From: Trichosphaerium sp. ATCC 40318
Lineage: Eukaryota; Protista; Tubulinea
Length of the DNA: 64,000 bases
Direction of reading: 5' to 3'
Assembly: GCA_038496445.1 (NCBI GenBank)
Contig: JALMLS010000255.1
Location: forward strand, 434,001 to 498,000
The notes beneath the pieces were generated by a model. That model had not been told where the DNA came from. It did not search any database and saw only the letters and a program-made list of their open reading frames with translations. Of this stretch, positions 1-12,861 are shown piece after piece (positions within the stretch are counted from its first letter, which is position 1; each line of letters opens with the position of its first letter). Both the position numbers and the translations under genes were made by a program.

Positions 1-1771
1 TTTGCAGCTTGACGTGGGCAAGTAAGATCAAGTGGTACAAAGGCATCTAGAAGCTTTAATCCGAACATTTTAAGTGCTTTGCCGACTGAGATTGTCGTGT
101 TCGAAGGAGCAACCTATATGGTGTAAATTTCTAAATCTCTAGATTATTAAAATAATCATACCAACTCTGCAACCCCACCAAAGTCACAAGCGTTGTCACC
201 TTGGGTGGCCTTGTTTTTCTAAAATTAATTAAGATCTAGGATTTAATAAATCTCGTTGCTTACTTGATAGTAGGCATTGAAAGCCCAGTTGCAATGATCC
301 ACTATGACAAAGTAAATTTTGAAGAAACTTTAGAAAAAATATAAATCACTAACCAACGGTATCAGGATAGTAGAACTCGCCGCCAGGATTGATTGCGGAG
401 CAATTTAGATTCTTAGGGTTGCAAACCCATCCCAATGCGCTCTAAGAAGAACTTAAGTCTGATTTAGAGTACAAGTATGGCTTACAACAAGACTCGCTGA
501 AGAGGCATCTGGTTTAACATGGCAAACATATGACTTCTCACACACTTGCTTTGGGGCAATACACCTTGGGTCTGGTGGGACTGTTGTACTATGTTGTTGT
601 TTATAAACATAAGCCGCTAGTTCTAAGCGTACGTGAAACCATCAAAAGCCTTAAAACAGCATGAGAATTAACACAAAGTGAAAATAAAATAAAAAAAAGG
701 GACGCACCCAATTTGTCAAAACGTTTTGTTCCAAATCAAGCACAGAGATCTGACAAGGCCATTCTTCTGCTAATAAACCCAATTAGTATTCGTTAATAAA
801 TGTTACAACGTACCACTTGCTCGGGTCCATATATCAGCGTTAATGATACGGCCATCAACAGTAACCTGAAAAAAGAAAATGTTTGAAGAAGAACAATAAA
901 TAACGGCTCTGGGTGCGCTACTATCATTCTAAAAGGGCCCTACTCAACGCGTACCCTTGCTGACAAGAAATGGTTACATAATACACCATTAACCTACTCG
1001 TGGAGTTAAAAAAAACCGTCGCTTTAAAACACGTGTACATAATCTTGTCCAACATGTACTGCATTGTCTACAATCACTTGTGGGTACTCGACAGGAGGTG
1101 GGAAATCGTCTAAAAACACTATGAGCAATGACGTGCATTGTAAGAAAAAGATCTTCTTGTGCCTACCTGTGAGTTGCCATGTTGCGCAGTTTCCTTTTGA
1201 TTAAACTGTTAGACAAGTCAAACAAGAAGAGATTTATATACCGTTTGCGTCGTCAATGGAGAAGTGTGTTTTTGTTTCTTGGTAGTCACAGTAGTCACCA
1301 GGCCTCTTCGTATTTGGGTCCTTTAAATCTTGTTGGTTATACCTAGAACCAAGCTTTAACCAAAAACATGTGTTTGGAAAAGTCACACGAGAAAGGAATA
1401 AAAAAACGTTGATGAATGTTAGCTACGCCTACGTGTTAACGTAGGTATTGCGCAGTCCATTTCTGATAGAACAAACCAAAAATTGTTCTAACGACTAGGA
1501 ACTGACCTGCATGAATAGGTAGGGTAATAGTTGATGAGCTGACCGTAGTTGGAGATAATATCGTTACCATTCTTCACAGTGGAAACAGACTTTTTGAAAT
1601 AAAGTTAGGGAAAATGTCACGTGATAGATAACACTACGTAGTGCTTCGTACCCAGGTATGCCATGTTGGCGGAAATCCTTTACCTAGTTTTGGTGCCTGT
1701 GTTGGTTGCGTTGTTTGCGTTACAGCAATAGTGATAGTACATAAAAGGGCTAAGACGAAAGGCACGCTCAT
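1..1771 (-). CDS. Secreted multi-exon protein with C-terminal X8 (CBM43) glucan-binding domain; 3' end runs off the window
   Basis: ATG at 1771 gives signal peptide MSVPFVLALLCTITIAVTQ. Spliced exons at ~160-545 read CHVKPDASSASL..ALGWVCNPKNLNCSAINPGGEFYYP..DHCNWAFNAYY..KATQGDNACDFGGVAEL, matching the X8 Cys pattern. Confidence 0.75.
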
Positions 1772-1859
1772 TGTTATGTACGACTAGAAATAGTTTTTAA
1801 GAACTTGACTTAATAGGCTACTTTAAAAACATGCAAGTTTTCTTTATGTTATTGTTCAA

Positions 1860-4800
1860 CTACTTCAAGAGACATTGCTCTCTGATATAGTAGTACATAG
1901 TATACTTACATTGTTACCTTTGTAACCACGTACTCTCTTGAAAATGGTTGATGGTGTACCCCTAAAAAAGAGCATTCAAATCCTTTAAAATCTGCACACC
2001 TTGCAACAATAAAAACTCTTCTTTCGATTTAGCAAACGTTCGTTTCCAACAAACCGTCTGTTTATAATGTGTTCTTTGAATGTACCTAATCTTATCTATA
2101 TCCACAACTGGTCGTTTTCCTGTAACTTTACACCCTTCATTAACGTTACAACTGAAACTTCAACGTGAAAAAAATGGCTAATTAAACAGTGGTCATGTGT
2201 ACTCTGGATCTTTCATGAGCTGAAGTGCCTAGTGTTGAATAATCGTTTATTATAATACTATCCTAACAATAAAACAATTGCTGGATAACTCATAAGCATT
2301 CAGGGTGTCACAGCATGATTTACCTTTACAAAATAGTTAATTAACTTTGAAAAGTGAAAAACGAAACACCAGCACTTACTAGCGTTATTTTCTGTTTGAA
2401 TAACTAGTCCTTAAATATGTGACAATGAAGAGGATCTATTTCAGGTACTTTTTGATCTTTTGATAGTGTAGTGACTTCGGCTGAGAAGAAAAAAGAGCAT
2501 TAGCATTTAATCTCAAGTTTTCTAACCAAAAAGGGTTCCAACTTACTCTGAGAACAATCTGTATAATCCCACTCATTGTTGACATTACGTTTCATTGCGA
2601 ATACCCAAGCTACTCCATAACTTTCTACGTTATAAGATACCATCGGTTCATCTAGAAGAAATGTAAGTTCTTTCTCCAATTCTTTGGAAAAAAAAAGGTC
2701 TTGATTTTAAATGAATGCCACTGTACCCCATGACGAAAGTTTATGTTCAGGTTTTGTGAATTTTTGTCCGGGGTAGAAATAATGCTCTTCAGAAAAGCGG
2801 GACAGCGATACAAGGTCAGACAACTAAAGGGCATTAACAAACAAACAAAGAAAACAAACAACAAAAAAACAAGCTCATAGCTAAGCGTACCAAAGAGTTA
2901 TATTTCACAATCGCCTTGTTTCTATTTTTAGTGCCATTGAACATGACATAAAACCTGCCAAGAATTGTTACTAATCTGCAAAAAAAAAAAAACAAAAAAG
3001 ACTATACTTTTTATCATCGCTCTGAGCAAACCGTCTGCACGCTATTGGGCTATGTTTTTCAGTATCTATTTTAGTTTTGAGTCTATATTCTTCAAATAAA
3101 GCCATAGGATCTACAAGAATCTCTTCGATGCATCCCTTTGGAATGACCATAAGTTCACGTGATTTTTTTGACTCAAAAAAAGAAGCTAATGTACTTTGTT
3201 CCCCTTCTTGTTTGGATTCAAGCAAGTAACTGTAATTTTTTTAGGCTGTCTAGATCCCATACCAAAATCGTACAAACCAACGCGTTCACCGGCCTTAAAT
3301 TATTAAAGAGAGTTCCATCGGTGGGAAAAAAAAAAAGAGAGTTCAAAGAAAACAATGTACCTTAACTAACAGCCTTTGTGGATCTAACCACTGCAACTCT
3401 ATTCTCCAACTATATAGATATTGTACTCTAAACGTCTTTATATGGTCTAATGTATCAGGATTCAAGAACATAATATGATCACCTTGCCACTAATACTCAT
3501 AAAATAAGTTCAACGAAAAGCAAAGAGAAAAAAAAGTGTCTTAGTTTCCTAAAAATAACTTTAACGCACCAAAGTCAACTTGTCATATTTTAACATAACA
3601 GAATCTGAAGCTTGTGGAATACTTTTGCTTGCTACTTCCTTCGAATTAATGTAGTCCCATACACACATCCATGCTTTTTTTTTGCTGTCATATCTTACAC
3701 CAGCCGAGACAACCATCTATTCCTTCATTCAGCATTTTTGTTTTTCAAAAAAACTAACTTACCTGACTTCTAGAAGGGTCTACAGAACATCGGTACTATA
3801 AATATTGTAAGCTATTTTAGAGTGGGTACATGAAACTCCCGAAACGTACATAGTTCGTTGACCCATCGAGTATTGGAATTTTCATAGAAGTCTTCAATAC
3901 ACAAGGGTCTCCAATCTCGTATAAATTAATACAATTTCCTGCCTCTGTGCGAATCCTTCATTAAGGAAAACAACTTTAAACGTAATAAATAACATACTTG
4001 AATATATAGAGATAAGGTCACCGTTGTACCCAAGGATCTAAAGTAAACAGTTAATTTTAGAAGTTGTATTGAAAAAGTCTTTTTTTTTCTCGTGCCCCTG
4101 ATGCCTTTGTTTGATCTTCAAATATTAAATGCCTGTTATATTTCGTTAGCTAACAGTTCTTCGTAATAAAAATGGAACAGTCCTGAAACAAACATACATT
4201 TCTGACTGAGTTTCTAAATTAATAATCTTGAGCTCATTATAGATTTGTGTTCTATAATCATAACAATATACCAATATTCTTGCTGAGGAATCCTTATTGT
4301 ACATGCCGTTACTAACCCGAGCAAATATCAGTAACATAAAATAACATAGAACAAGAACAGATGACATACATATGAGAAGTACCACCCTTGACTATCAATT
4401 TGTTAGAAAATAAATGGAAAAAAAATTCGAGGTTTATGGTTTTTGTGTATTAGTGTGTTACGACGTACAAAATTGACCAAGCTCCTTAGGTTCTTCACCT
4501 TTCTTAAGATTAGACCATACACGCATATCTTTAAACTTATTATCCCATCTACTGTTTAATCTCTATCGACTTGTAAGTCATAAAAATAGAACAAAAAACC
4601 AATATATATTGGAACATGGCTCTTTTTCTCGAACCTGCGTGATATTCTTAAACTGTAAAGCTGCACATTTACTATCCTTTGTCCAAGGAATTGCTTCAAC
4701 TCTTTGTTGAATCGGGTCCACAAGGTGTGTCTCAATTACATTCCTCTAAAAAAGGTGTCATAATGCAAAACAACACGTGATTTTATCAAGGGTTTTTCAC

Positions 4801-5330
4801 TTACCACTTCGTGAGAACCACGTTGATGAAGAGATACCCATGTCACGGAGAGTTCAGGTAATGTAAGCGTTTCACAATTAATACCAAACTTGATTTCGCG
4901 TTAGTACGAAAAAATAAGTGCTGAAGCCTCTGCAAGGCCATACGCACCCTGCCCCTGTCACTAAGGAAACGTTAGAGTACACCTTGGGTCCAAACGTACC
5001 TTGTTTTGTAACCAGAAGCTAGCACAACAGGAGAAACCTTTCCATTCTTGATATTATGATCAACCATAGATAAACGAACACAAGCTTCTCTCCAATCAGT
5101 GATGTGCGCGTAATAACTAGATTCACGTTGGTAGAGAGCCTTTTTAGTGTTAATACTCTAAAACTTCCTTGTACTATTATTACCCTCCATAAGGATGGAT
5201 GTCCTGTTGACTGGTACCACGATCGGTTAACGCAAGCGCATTTCAAAGTATCAATAGGCTTTAACTCTAAAAAAATAGCAGTTAACAGCTCTGGTGGAAA
5301 CTCTGCTATGTGATGTGTTCGTGAGGCCAT
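1860..5330 (-). CDS. F-box protein, multi-exon, uncharacterised C-terminal region (3' extent approximate; could be two genes)
   Basis: N-terminus MASRTHHIAEFPPELLTAIFLELKPIDTLKCACVNRSWYQSTGHPSLW is a typical F-box, followed by many short exons with GT-AG introns. Confidence 0.6.
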
Positions 5331-5558
5331 CTGTACAAATAACACAACTTCCTTACTAATTTAAGTGAAGACACCAACAAGTTAAGAAAGAACAGTTCAC
5401 CTTGTACAGCGTTAATAACGTGCACTCTAGCAAGTCAAGTCATAAACACAAACAGCTATACCCTCCAAGATTGCTATACTTTACTACATTGGTACACACA
5501 AATCGCAAACAAGAGCGGTAATACAAAAAAAGCCAAAAAAAAAGGATGGAGAACACAA

Positions 5559-8035
5559 TCAACGCGGCTGCTTTTGATATCTTTGTGGTTGTGGTTGTGG
5601 TGCACCACCGCGATGAGACCGCTGCGGTTCTGGGCCACGTGCTCTTTGTTGTTGATATCCACCACGACGCGGAGGCGCTCTATAATCGTCACGCCTATAA
5701 TCGCGACCTTGGTCGTACGGACGAGAAGGTCCACGGTCAGCTCTGCCTCTTTGGTAACCACGGTTGTTGTAAGGTGGGCGCCGATTGTCTTGTGGTGGAG
5801 GACGGCGACTGTCTTGTGGTGGAGGGCGCCGACTATCATGTGATGGGCCACGGCTGCGACTAGGAGGACGATCGTGCTGAGAATAAGGATGATGGCGGTT
5901 ATTGTTACGCGGCCTGCTATCGACATTTCTTGGATCATATCTGTTTCCATTAGCTGCTTCACGACGGCTTTTTTCCCGTAGCTCCTTATTTCTCAACTTC
6001 GATGTGTACTCGTGGGAGCTCTGTTGGCATATAGGGATCTCTGAAGGCTTACAAGGCCTAGGATCTGTCCAAAAGTAATCAGCATCAAGCGCTTGCATTG
6101 CTGTAAGGCGCTTATTAGGATCTAAAGCAATTAGGCAATAAATAACACGATATTCTAAATCTACAAAAAAAAAATGCAAGTTTTCGCCTAGTTTTACGGC
6201 ATTAGAAACTTTTTTCTGAATCTAGTCTCTTTGATTGATGATTGATTCATTACCGAGTGTTATAAGACCTTCAATGAGTTTTAAAGCGTCATCAGGTATC
6301 CTAGAGCTATGTTTTAGATAACTACAGGTTCAGTAACAAAACGTACTTCTTCTCAACCATTTTCTTGCGGAAATTGTTCTGTTGGAACTTAAATTTGAAT
6401 TTACTATACAATGGTAGGTTTTCTGCATCTGGCCAACTCTCTTTTGTTGGTGTACCTTTATTACATAAGCATTAAGATCCCCAAAGAGTATTTATTGATA
6501 ATATCACCAAATAACGAAAACAAAAAAAGTGCGTACCACAAAGTCGCCAAATAAGATCAAGTTGGTCGATTTCGTTCTTTCCAGGGAACAGTGGCATCTT
6601 ATTTATCAACTCTGCCAAAATACAACCTACAGACCAACAATCGACTGAAGCCTATAAAAAATGAGCATAAAAACATCACAGCAACAACAACAAAACGCCA
6701 ACAAACCAAAAAAGCCGAATAAAACGAACAAATGTTTAAAAAATATGCGTTTACAAATTACAAAAGAATTTGATTGAAAAACACCGTACCTTGTAATTAT
6801 GTGATCCTAGTAGTAACTCGGGTGGTCTATACCACAACGTAATTACATTATTCGTATAGTTTCCTCCTTTTGATGAAATCGGACGCGCCAAACCAAAATC
6901 TGCCAGTTTCAATTCACCCCTGTTGTTGATCAACAGGTTCGATGCTAGAGAGCGCGTTTAGTCGCAACTAAAGCTTTCTCTGTGCTAGGGAGAGACCTTT
7001 GATGTCCCGATGGAGAACATTATTCTTATGTAGATAGTGGAGTCCTTCCAACAGCTGTTTGACATAGCATTTGATGTGTCTTGCCTTTAATTGCTTTATA
7101 AACGGTGACTCTATTAATCCTGCTAGATCATGGTCCATAAACTCTACACGAACAAAATGATCAGACAGAAAAAAGCAAAAATAACAGAGGAGGTCTGTGA
7201 CCTTGAAGGGCGAAAAAAAAATAAAAAAAATGGAAAGCAACTTTTTTAGTTTTGGTGAGAATCAATCAAGGGACGGGAGGCTTTTAAAAAAAAACAAGTT
7301 TTTAGACTGTTTTTAGCGCGTGGAGAACGACAAAGCTCTCAGTTTTGACGCTCAGTTAAGAACAGTCAAAAGGTTTGAGGGAAAAAAAAGAGTTTGCTTT
7401 AAAGTGTTTGATGTCTCTACCAAATACGAGATAGATTGCGCCTGGGCCGTCCTTCTCGGTGCTAGTCTTTTCTGTAACTATTTCTTTTAAATTGATAATG
7501 TTAGTGTGATTGAGTTCCTTTAGAATCTTTAACTCGCGAATGGCGGTTATAGGGAACTAATACGAGTAAATACAGGTGAAGTGAAGGTATTCGTTCTGCG
7601 GCAAAAATAAAAAGCAAAGAAGATTTGAACGTAAAGAGTTGGTTGTTTGCAAAGGAGGGAATGCACTGGTGTGAAGTGTTACGAAAACGATTTTTGGGTT
7701 TGTTTTTCTTTCAAATAACACAAGCTTAGAATTAGCAGTGTTCGTTATAAAATACGTGCGCCCTCTTTTTCGTTGTCCATGCGTATTTTCTTCAGAGCAA
7801 CTATTTCACCGGTTTCTCTGGACCTGGCCTTGTACACCTTACTGTAATGCGGTTAGCTTACTCAAATAAACGATTCGTGCCCATAGGTTCCTTCACCGAC
7901 TTGTTCTAATTTTTCAAAGGGAGTAACAGTGCGTGAACCCCAGTTTCTTTTATCCGGAACGATGTGGCGGCGCCCGTTTCGCTGCTCCTCTTCCTTATAC
8001 TTCTTTGGCGCATCTCTAGGCGGAAATTGAGACAT
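5559..8035 (-). CDS. CDK9: Cyclin-dependent kinase of the CDK9/CDKC class (PITAIRE) with Arg/Pro/Gly-rich C-terminal tail
   Basis: Exons encode [62 protein letters not shown] and [12 protein letters not shown]. Confidence 0.9.
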
Positions 8036-8222
8036 TACTTCAGTTGATAAGAGGAAGAGGGCTCTTAGCACGGGTGAGAAGACACCAAGTAGAAAAAATG
8101 GGAGGCTTAACAAAAAGTCAATTTTCGTCATTTTTTTTGCCCAGGCAAGCGAGGATCAAATCCAGCGCTGTAAGAAGAGCGCTCGCTCATAGTTACATTG
8201 ATTGTTTGATAAAGCACCTATC
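8036..8222. promoter_or_regulatory. Probable bidirectional promoter between CDK9 and mitochondrial uS15
   Basis: Only ~187 bp separate the divergent ATGs (8035 on -, 8223 on +). Confidence 0.5.
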
Positions 8223-10255
8223 ATGAGTTTGCTGCGATGCACAGGCCATCTAGCTGCTCGTTGTACGGTGAATGGTAAACGTTCTACAACAAGGAGGGTA
8301 TCTAAGATTCAAGGTGGGTATTTCTTTACCTTGAGACACTAACAAGCGTATAGTTCGTCGAGGAATACATACTACCGTAATTATTGCAGAGAAGGTACGC
8401 TATACTTCTCATTTACACTAAACTCGCTCCACTCTGCGTCAATGTCCATTTTTTAACGTATTTAACGCATTGAAAAGGATAAGGACACGACAAAAAACCT
8501 TGAGGACATTATGGCTTCGTTTTTAAGCGATAACCCTGACACTACATCTGAAGCAAAGCAAGCATCAGATTTTGCAGGAGAACTTGACTCTTGGTCCAGT
8601 TTGAGTGCGGACGAGCCAACCAAACGCAGTAAAAAGAAAAAGCCAAAGAAGAAAGGCAAAAAGGCGCCACAGTCTGCTGATGATGAACAAGAATACGACT
8701 TTTTTGCACAAGACAGCAAGAAACCGCGCTCAAGAACGGACCCTGCAGATACTGAAGACGTTCCAGAACAAGAAGCACCTTTTGATCCTGTAGCCGCGTT
8801 AGAAGGGTTTGAATCTGCTCACAAGATTCCAGAAAATCATCCAGAAGACAAACCAATGGACTGGAAACCTATTAAAAAGACTCTAGACAAGATGGGGTTA
8901 GACTCAACGCCAGCAGAAGATATTGCATACCACAAAAGCGCTATGGAGAGTCGATATTATGTACGTTGTTATTATGATCACGTAACTTTTGTGTGCAATG
9001 CAAGCGCATCTTCAGGACAAGTTTTCTGTTTTAACTTTTTTTTCTTTTTTTTCTTCTGTTTGACACTTTATTAAGAAAGGTGAAAAACCAGAAACGATGA
9101 GCTTACTTGATCAAATGATGCCTGAGACTGAAGATCCAGAAGAGGGCCTTTTTGATAAATACTTTGATAGCGAGTACGCGACCGTTTGTCTTGACGGTGT
9201 TTTAATTTTTTTTTGCTTTTTTTTTTTGATTTTCCGTTTTAGTGAAATGTCAGCTACTGGACTTCATGATCTTAAGCTATGGGATCTCTACCCAAAACAA
9301 ATTAAGAGGTGGATGATTTACACGAAAACTCCTTTGGGTGTGTATGATGCAAACGGTTTATGGGCTGCATCGGGAAGGACGCCTGTTACAAAGTATAATA
9401 AGCCTGAAGATAAAGGTGTAAACCATTTTGAATCAGTAGATGATGAGCTAGGTAGCCAGTATAGAACACGTGAATTACTAGAGATTCCTGTAGATGACGT
9501 TGAAGGTCTAATGGTGCGTCTGTTGTTTTGTTTTGATACTTTTTTTTTTACAAGTTGTCAGACTTGACACTAACTTAACTGTTATCTAGAGCAAAAAAAC
9601 CTTGAATAAAATATTTGAGGAAGAACAAAGAGCCTTGCCTCCTGATCTTCGCTCTCGCTTCAGATTTGGCGTAACCTGGGATGAATTAAAGGATATTCAC
9701 CCAAAAATTAAACGTCTTTTCTCAATGAAGAATGCAACACCTGGGTGAGTAGCTATACACGATTGTTTACAATGCAACCTATTGTGACTAACTTGTTCCT
9801 TTAGAGAAATTAGCGAAGCTAGGAAACGCGATTTAGTCGAGAGATATGGTAGATGGCCTGCTGACACTGGATACCCACCTGTCCAAGGTAAGTCCTACAA
9901 ATATCAAAATTTTTTTCTTGTTTTTTTTGACGCTTCTATGCTTACGTCCTCAATAGTTGCTACCTATACGTTTAAGATAAATAAACTCGAAGAGCATATG
10001 TCATCTAATAGACAAGATAAGGATAACAAGTACAGGCTAATGCGCATGAAAATTAGACGTAAAGGAATGTTAAAATACATGAAGGAAAAAGATCCTGCAA
10101 TGTATTATAGGTACGCTCTCTTGCTTCTCCGTACTGCAGGAGCCGTTGTTTTTTCTTCTTTCTTCTCTACTTTGTTGACTGGTGTTCGTAGGTTGGTACA
10201 AGAGCTTTCATTAAAGGATGATGTTAAATGCTGGAAGTACTTCACTATTGGCTAA
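8223..10255 (+). CDS. MRPS15: Mitochondrial ribosomal protein uS15m with long N-terminal extension
   Basis: Arg-rich presequence-like start MSLLRCTGHLAARCTVNGKRSTTRR. C-terminal exons RYGRWPADTGYPPVQ-VATYTFKINKLEEHMSSNRQDKDNKYRLMRMKIRRKGMLKYMKEKDPAMYY-RLVQELSL match the S15 domain. Confidence 0.8.
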
Positions 10256-10467
10256 AGCTTTTGGCGTTTTTCCAAAAAAACCAAACGAGTTTTCGTCATT
10301 ATCTTTTTTGTAAGTACCAATGGGAGCCATCCTTCTTGTACAGTGCATCACTGCTTTTTATGGGTGGTGATTAAATACAAGCCAATACGTGCCAATGTCT
10401 GTCATAGTGAGCTTTATTTGATTTTAAGTCAACTTTGACTTTTTACCAATTTTAACAACGTCAGTTG

Positions 10468-11989
10468 ATGCCAAGCATTGATTGCTCTAGTATTAGAGTT
10501 CGTATTGGCGTTGGTGTTGCGCTAGCGTTACTTGTAGCCTGTCTTATATGGGTGGAAATTTCTAGAAGTAGTTACGTCGTTGTTAGGCTTTTAATCTACT
10601 CACTGTACTACAGTAGCCGCGAATAATAGATTTGGTATAATTCACGAAAAATCGTGCTGTACCTGCGACAAAAAACCTATTGGCGTTCCTCAGTATATAT
10701 GCAGTGTAAATGCTAACATCACACGTACTTTAATACGTAGTAACGTAAATTGACACCCTTAGTGCGTAATACAAACCCAAAAGGTGTTTGGACGCCTCCA
10801 CTATTTTCTACCGATGGCCAAGGCATTTTAACAAAACCGTACGTCTTTTTTTCACTAAAAGTTGTACATTGACTTCAAAACCTCACTAACACTCCTTAGG
10901 AATGACACTCAGTCCATTTATTTAACTTATACGCATAATACAAAGGAATGTGATGCTACATTTAACTTTACAATTGACTTTGCTGAGAAACCAAAACTTC
11001 CTACCGCTGGTACTCTTTTACAACTATGAATTTCGCTTTGAATTTGTATTTGGTTTGTTAAACTATGTTCAGAAGAGACAAATACTATATGCCATGTTCC
11101 AGGGAAGGCTATAGAAGTATCAGAGAAAGTGTTTATGAGAACAGGTCCAAAAGATGGGTGGAATATTTTTGAAAAAGATACTAACTTGCTTGATGGTGTC
11201 ACTGAGGATACACTAAATGATGGTTACTTTTTTGAGGTTGCATCTGCAGAGAAGAATGAATCTATTGCGGCATGTGAAGAAGTTTATTTGGCGTATACAA
11301 AGCCCTTAATGGTTTATGGTAAATATAGTAACAATGTTTTTTTTCTAGTTGTAACTAAACTTGTTCTAGAGGAAGAAGTTCATACTACTGCACTTCGGGC
11401 GTGCGAAGGAGAGACTATTACAATAGCAGCAGTTCCTAGTGGTATGTTTTAATATAACCTAGACAAGAGTCAGAAAAGCTTTTTGTTGGAGAACTGTTGT
11501 TATAAAAACCGCACGTGATTATACTAAGTTGTATCCTTAGGAGGAATATGGGAAGTTGAGGAGTGCGATTCTTGTCAAATAAATGAAACAGTAGATACGA
11601 TAAGTATAAGAGGTTGGCAATTCAATGCAAGTGTATCAACAATGTTCCTGCCAGCAACTGTGAACTACACAAATTATTTAGTAAAATACACGCTTCAAAA
11701 TAATGGTGAATGCACGGACCGTCAGGTGAATAAGGTACGCTCCAAAGCTAGCACGAAACATTGTATAGTCTAACGTTGTTTATTGTAGTCTATTGAAGTA
11801 TCTCTATCTAATTGTAAATCGCATGGAGGTGATTCTCCATCTGAGGTTAAAAAAGCACATAGCATACCTTTTGTATCTATGATTTTTTTTATAGTCTTGC
11901 TTGTTGCTCTTGCTTCTCTCAGTTGGTTTAAAATAGACTACTTGACATCTGTAAGACCTGAATCTGAAGAAGACAAGGCGGTCCCTTGA
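10468..11989 (+). CDS. Uncharacterised membrane protein (N-terminal hydrophobic anchor, Cys/N-glycan-site-rich luminal part, C-terminal TM)
   Basis: MPSIDCSSIRVRIGVGVALALLVACLIW start; exons include ORF 11129-11452; ends IPFVSMIFFIVLLVALASLSWFKIDY..EEDKAVP*. Confidence 0.6.
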
Positions 11990-12861
11990 ATGTATATTTT
12001 TTAAAAGTACTATGTAAACAACAATACAAATAAATATTACTCACTACATACGCATATTTTTTTATCACGTGACGACTTTCGGTTTACTACAACATGCAAG
12101 TCGATTTTTGCGAGTATGTTGTTCTCATTTGTAGAACATGTAAAAATAGAAGCAGTCATAGAGGAAATGTGTCATTGAGTGTATTCGTGTCGCTCGAAGG
12201 AGTAAGTGTCACCTTAGATGCTTCATAACTGATAATGACCTGAAATAGCTTGTTGGTGTTCGTTGTATAGATCTGTCTTACTCTTTAATTAATTCAATAT
12301 CTCAGTAGCAGCTTTGCATTTCGGTTTAGTACTGGTTTTGTAAGAGCTTGTATAACTGATGCAATCAGGTACGCCAGTACATATACCCAAAACCCACGTG
12401 GGTTGTATGGTACGCTTCAATTTTGTCGCCAGATAGCATGTCTTGCAAAGCGCTTTGCTCCGCACAAAATGACACAAGTACGTCAAGTTTTTCATCTTAT
12501 GGAAAAGGTTGAACATTGGTTTGATTCGTAGCATTTGTAGAGCAATCGAGTTCAAGGTAAGTGGGTAAACTCGAAGTTGAAAATACAACCTTAAGTGTTG
12601 TCAGCATATCATTGGCGCAATGAGTATTACCTACAGGTACAAGATAGCTTAGAATAAGAATAAATTTTAGAATCGTGTACACCTCCTTAGAAAGTCTCAA
12701 GTCAGTGACATCTAAGCCAGCAGTTAAGTTAGAAAGACCTTTACTGAGCAGTTAAAAATAGAAGTACTGTCCAAACAACAGCTTTTTCGCACACGTAACG
12801 ATTTTGGCATAAGCAGGCTTTGTATTACATTTACGATCGATATTGTAACTAATAAACACAA

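Noticed and set aside
5474-5962. Overlapping alternative-frame and antisense ORFs over the CDK9 tail
   Set aside because: These are by-products of GC-rich, low-complexity coding sequence.
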